Made by a program: the position numbers and the translations under genes | Assembly: GCA_000004985.1 (NCBI GenBank) | Contig: GG738892.1 | From: Naegleria gruberi | Lineage: Eukaryota | Direction: 5' to 3' (one strand) | DNA length: 64,000 nucleotides | The notes under the pieces: generated by a model | What the model was told of the DNA's origin: nothing | The model's database searches: none | Seen by the model: the letters and a program-made list of their open reading frames with translations, nothing else | Shown here: positions 63,999 to 64,000 of the stretch, piece after piece | How positions within the stretch are numbered: the first letter of the stretch is position 1 | How the letters are laid out: each line of letters begins with the position of its first letter

Positions 63999-64000
63999 TA

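Noticed and set aside
1-64000. Prokaryote-style defence or biosynthetic islands such as CRISPR arrays, toxin-antitoxin pairs or operons.
   Set aside because: The sequence is eukaryotic nuclear DNA: it has spliceosomal GT-AG introns, TAF10, a proteasome lid subunit and histone-fold and F-box proteins. No direct-repeat/spacer arrays or co-directional operon-like gene runs with prokaryotic signals are present.

Overview
This 64 kb window is nuclear DNA from an AT-rich, very gene-dense eukaryote, with roughly one gene per 1.5-2 kb on both strands. About 40% of the genes have short spliceosomal GT-AG introns of 43-100 bp, with donors such as GTAAGT, GTATGT and GTAGGT. I see no rRNA, tRNA, CRISPR array, transposase or prokaryote-style operon or defence island, so no bacterial-type 'system' is present.

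The content is mostly conserved housekeeping genes, recognised from their motifs:
- SUMO
- CrtI-type phytoene desaturase
- glucosidase II beta subunit
- DNA polymerase delta subunit 2
- a divergent beta-tubulin paralogue
- GET3/ArsA ATPase
- an acid-lipase-family lipase
- a Nudix hydrolase
- an EF-hand protein
- DPH2
- a CaMKK-like kinase
- RAD51C
- proteasome lid subunit PSMD6/RPN7
- a short-chain dehydrogenase (SDR)
- TAF10
- ribosomal protein L35a
- a PICH/ERCC6L-like SNF2 helicase with flanking TPR regions
- the mitochondrial GTPase GUF1/LepA
- a bifunctional UMP synthase
- an ATX1 copper chaperone

There are also several F-box proteins and a number of low-complexity (S/N/Q-rich) hypothetical proteins. 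Two N-runs (8131-8180 and 15172-15624) are assembly gaps that truncate genes.

I cannot name the organism. Candidates are an AT-rich amoeboid protist (heterolobosean or amoebozoan) or an early-diverging fungus; the basis is the short introns, N/Q-rich proteins, fused UMP synthase, CrtI desaturase and a divergent beta-tubulin.

The points most worth a second look are: the highly divergent beta-tubulin paralogue; a lone CrtI carotenoid desaturase; a helicase gene with TPR regions whose reading frame breaks before its C-terminal TPR ORF; a 12-nt micro-exon carrying the metal-binding motif of ATX1; a pair of tandem paralogues sharing a basic motif; and an unknown Cys-rich gene (6765-8195) bracketed by unusual G-rich blocks and a small inverted repeat.

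Coordinates of splice junctions were read by eye and may be off by one or two bases.
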